Under the pieces are notes generated by a model. The model saw only the letters and a program-made list of their open reading frames with translations, was not told the DNA's origin and searched no databases. The translations under genes were made by a program, and so were the position numbers. A DNA stretch of 64,000 bases, from assembly GCA_010093815.1 (NCBI GenBank), contig ML996567.1; one strand, given 5' to 3'. This stretch comes from Pseudovirgaria hyperparasitica (Eukaryota). This document shows, in pieces, positions 60,576-64,000 of the stretch. Positions within the stretch are counted from its first letter, which is position 1; every line of letters starts with the position of its first letter.

Positions 60576-63500
60576 CTAACCCCTTTTGACGCCGGTGAAT
60601 ATTGGCCCGATCTCTTGCAGTCGCCTTTTCCGCCTTCCGACTATACCCCAGAACCCAACGAAGCTTTCCGCGTTGCTCGGAAATTCGAATGTCTCGTATT
60701 TATGAGCGACTCCAGATAAGTCCGAGGAAGGGTGTAGACTAAAGACGTAGTCGGGGTCGGTAGAACGCACCACTGGCAACATTGGGGGTATAGGGGGGAT
60801 CGGCGAGGTGGAAGAAGGTGGCATTGCCGCCCGAATTCTTGGTTCAAAATACGTCTGGGATCGAAAGGTAACTGTCCGCTTGTAGTTTGTATGGATCTAA
60901 GACTTGTTACCCTCGATGCGGAGCAAATGTATGAAATTCCTTACAGATACCGAGACTAAGGCACGATCGAATACGGATAATATTGTATCCAACCTGATCA
61001 GCCCTTCGCCAGTCTCCAGTCTTAAGATCGAAGTTTCTCCTTCCATAGATCCGAGCGTGTACATAGCGCCTGAGCTATGAGAGAATGAAAGGCCAGCGAC
61101 AGCGTCAGGAACAAGTGATACATGAATGGAGACCACTGAGCTGGGATTACCATCAGTTTCCATGGCTGTGCAGAAGATCTTTTCAGGAACAATCCAGGGG
61201 TTGATACGACAACCCACTAAATGCAGAGCCTGGTGGGCTTGGCTTTGTTGTGGGCTATATGTGACAATCGCGTGATCCCACCGTGGCATAGACGCCCAGC
61301 ATATAGTATCCTAGTGAGAATCAGTGTTGATACCCTTATTTGCTTGAGAATTGGTTACCAATTTCTCGAAGGCGTTCGCGATAAACTTTAAACGAACTGC
61401 GCCCTCAGTACATTCCTGACCGAAATGCAATGATTGGCCATCAGACGTATCGAAACGAAGCGCAACTACTTTACCAAGCTTTGCGTGCCCGCTGTAGGCA
61501 GCCGTGTGCTCATTAGACGTCCATATGAAGATACCCGTGAGTTGCTCTCCTGGTGAAAAGTTCACAGCACCCGATTCATTAAGCCATTGACCGACGATGC
61601 CTGGTCTGTCCGTATCGTAGTAATCTAGCCAGAGCCCTGTGATATGCTCAGAAAGCCTGGAAAGGCCATGTCCCCCAACAGAGATGCGGATTTGGCGGAC
61701 ATTAGATAGGCTCGCTTGGGTTTGCATGTAAGCTTTTCCCATGACGGTGAATGCCTTTTCAGGAGGTTTTCGCTGGATTAAAAGTCCCTGTGATCCATTC
61801 AAGGACGTGGGTATTGATTGTGGCTTGATGTTCTTGAACGCTTGGCTTTGGATACCGAAAGTCTTGAAAGATCCGTCAAGTACCTAGGTAATTCCGAGTT
61901 AGCAATCGAAACACTAAATTTAAATTAGCGGAAGCACATACGCCGACTGCAGCTACAAAACCAGTAATCACAGCACTTTTGGGGGGTTCTAGCGTGGAGA
62001 AATTATCCACGGAGTCTTCGGAAGATGATTCGTGGTATAGCCCAAAGAAAGTATGGTTGCCCATGTTTGTATGAACCTTTTGGAACAAAATCAGCATCCA
62101 AATAAGGTAGTGTTAGGAAGTAGGCCAGTGCTGTACCTCGATGTACCTTATCCCAGTGAGCGATGTTGTGCAACCTACGGTCACTGCAGAAACTCTCTCC
62201 CCAGCCGCACCGTCAATATAGAAGGATGACTCTAGGCATTTGTCATTGTCCCGATCATTTTCAAAAGTATTCCCTCTAATACAAAACCTCTTACTTTCAT
62301 TATCGTCATAAACAAATTTTAGTCCGCGGAACGAACTAGGGAAACCCTGAATAAGAGCAACAATTCTCTGGAGAGACGATAGGCGACGTCCATCAGGTCC
62401 AGAAAAATCCATATTCAATTGAAGATTGAACATTTGGGATTTTGTCTCGGCGGGAAATGACTGAATATAGTTCATGCTCGCTGGGACTCCTGGAGACCAT
62501 ATTTTACCAAAGATTTCCGCTCGTTCTCTTGCATGCTGAGCTTTAGGTACCATCTGAGTCGCGTCGTGAGATGCGGTCCCGCAGTCCGGAATGCGATAGT
62601 TCTGCTCAATAAGCTTAAGAGAAACAAGTTTGCATATCTGTCAATAAGTTAGATGCTGTCAGTAGACATCGAGAAGGATTCATACATCAAAACCTATCTC
62701 AAAAGCGAATATTCGGCTCTCATGATGTCGAAACAACCTAGAAACTCCAACATCTGGTGTTGTCATTCCGAAGTCTCCCGTCGTATGGGAAGAGACCCCT
62801 GATATACTGTTGGTTAAGAACCTCAGACCTACGATGCCAGAGATTGTAATTGCGATTTCCAAACCATCCAAAAGACAAGGATCGAAGCACACCACTTCCT
62901 CTGTCAATGGAATTATCAGGCCTAGCTTTTGAGGTACGACACTACCACCAGAAAAGCATGTGGGCCAAATTCGAAGTCCTGAAACGTATGATCTTCCATT
63001 AAACCACGTAAAAGAGACACCGATTTTTATCTGGCCTGAGCTGTCGGATTGGGGCCACTGTAACCAGCTGGATCCGAATTTTCTGGAGCCGATTCGGAGA
63101 ACGTCTGTTGCATGAGATTCTGGAATGACTTCTGCAGAAATGACAGGACTGCAGGTGTGGCGACCAGAGAGCCGATGGCTACCCACATTGCCGCCTTGAT
63201 GGACTGACTCGTTACTAATGAGATCATTGAGAGGTCTGGATATATTGCTCAGGATGTGCCATATCCTTCTTCGATTTTTGATACCCTGCTTTTCATTCGG
63301 ACCCCTGAGAGAGTCTTTGAAGGCCATATAAAGCCTTCGCCAATCAATGTAACCTCCCAGCTCGGAGGAAGCCTGGCAGGCAAGAGCAAACCCCATTTCG
63401 TGCTCTTCTTCGAAACGGCTCGCCCAAAATGATTGGGGAAGTTCGTGGAATGAGCTAATACTGGCGACTCGGTCTGACGATTGTCGAAGACTACAGACGT

Positions 63501-64000
63501 CCATCGATGTAAGCCCATTCAGGATGAGCACGACGACTTCGTCAGGAAGTGAACAGAATACATCGGTGTTGTTAGGCTTATCCAAACGTGGCATAGAGGC
63601 GATGGTTGTTTCAACGAGGTTGCTCTCCAGGTAGTCTGCAGGGAGATGTTCTCGCGGATCGGCTGTCAGAAATGACCACTCAGGAGGAACTCGAGCCAAA
63701 TAGCCAGGGTTTCCAGAAGTTTTCTGGAACTTAGAGGCACCGCCGTAATCATGTTCACCGATAGCGGTGTAGTACCTGTTCCACGGAGTGCAGTAGAGTA
63801 TCTGAAAAAGAGACCTAGCCACTTGAGCACTATCGTGACCTTGCTTGGCGGTTCGACTGAGTAAGAGGCTCCAGCAGGCATCATGGAAGGGAAAAACCCA
63901 GTAATCTCCCGACCTGTAATGGAACGGATCCGTTTCCAATCCTTCGCTGGTATCAGAATATCGAGTTGTCTCATCAGGATGAACAATGAGATCATGATGC
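60576..64000 (-). CDS. Large F-box protein with repeated beta-rich (jacalin-like) C-terminal domains; at least 6 exons, 5' end outside window
   Basis: Frame open to window edge; FPFHDACWSLL, HDYGG, F-box DVFCSLPDEVVVLIL..LPQSFWASRF; five GT-AG introns join the ORF pieces in frame down to the stop at 60576. Confidence 0.85.

Overview
Eukaryotic genomic DNA from a filamentous ascomycete (Pezizomycotina), judged from short GT-AG introns with CTRAC-type branch points, Zn2Cys6 factors and RIP-damaged repeats. I spliced gene models by hand, so many differ from the ORF track. The window holds about 23 intact genes: NADAR, Upc2-like TF, Ifh1/Crf1-like coactivator, zf-PARP protein, CHZ-like protein, DHA1 MFS, SSU1, amidase, Fcr1-like TF, a divergent quinate dehydrogenase/permease pair, thioesterase, HsbA, two CFEM proteins, GNAT, two atypical kinases, NCA2, SEC4, two F-box proteins and two unassigned genes. 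It also holds a RIP-inactivated LINE reverse-transcriptase fragment, an MFS pseudogene, a probable NACHT relic and microsatellites. Best leads: an F-box protein with tandem jacalin-like repeats; an amidase with GGAC replacing catalytic GGSS beside a reduced quinate cluster with a dense CreA-site array; an Ifh1-like motif hidden by an intron; a CFEM single-pass receptor-like protein. Family calls come from motif recognition only; no searches were run. I found no tRNA, rRNA or CRISPR and no unambiguous new multi-gene system.
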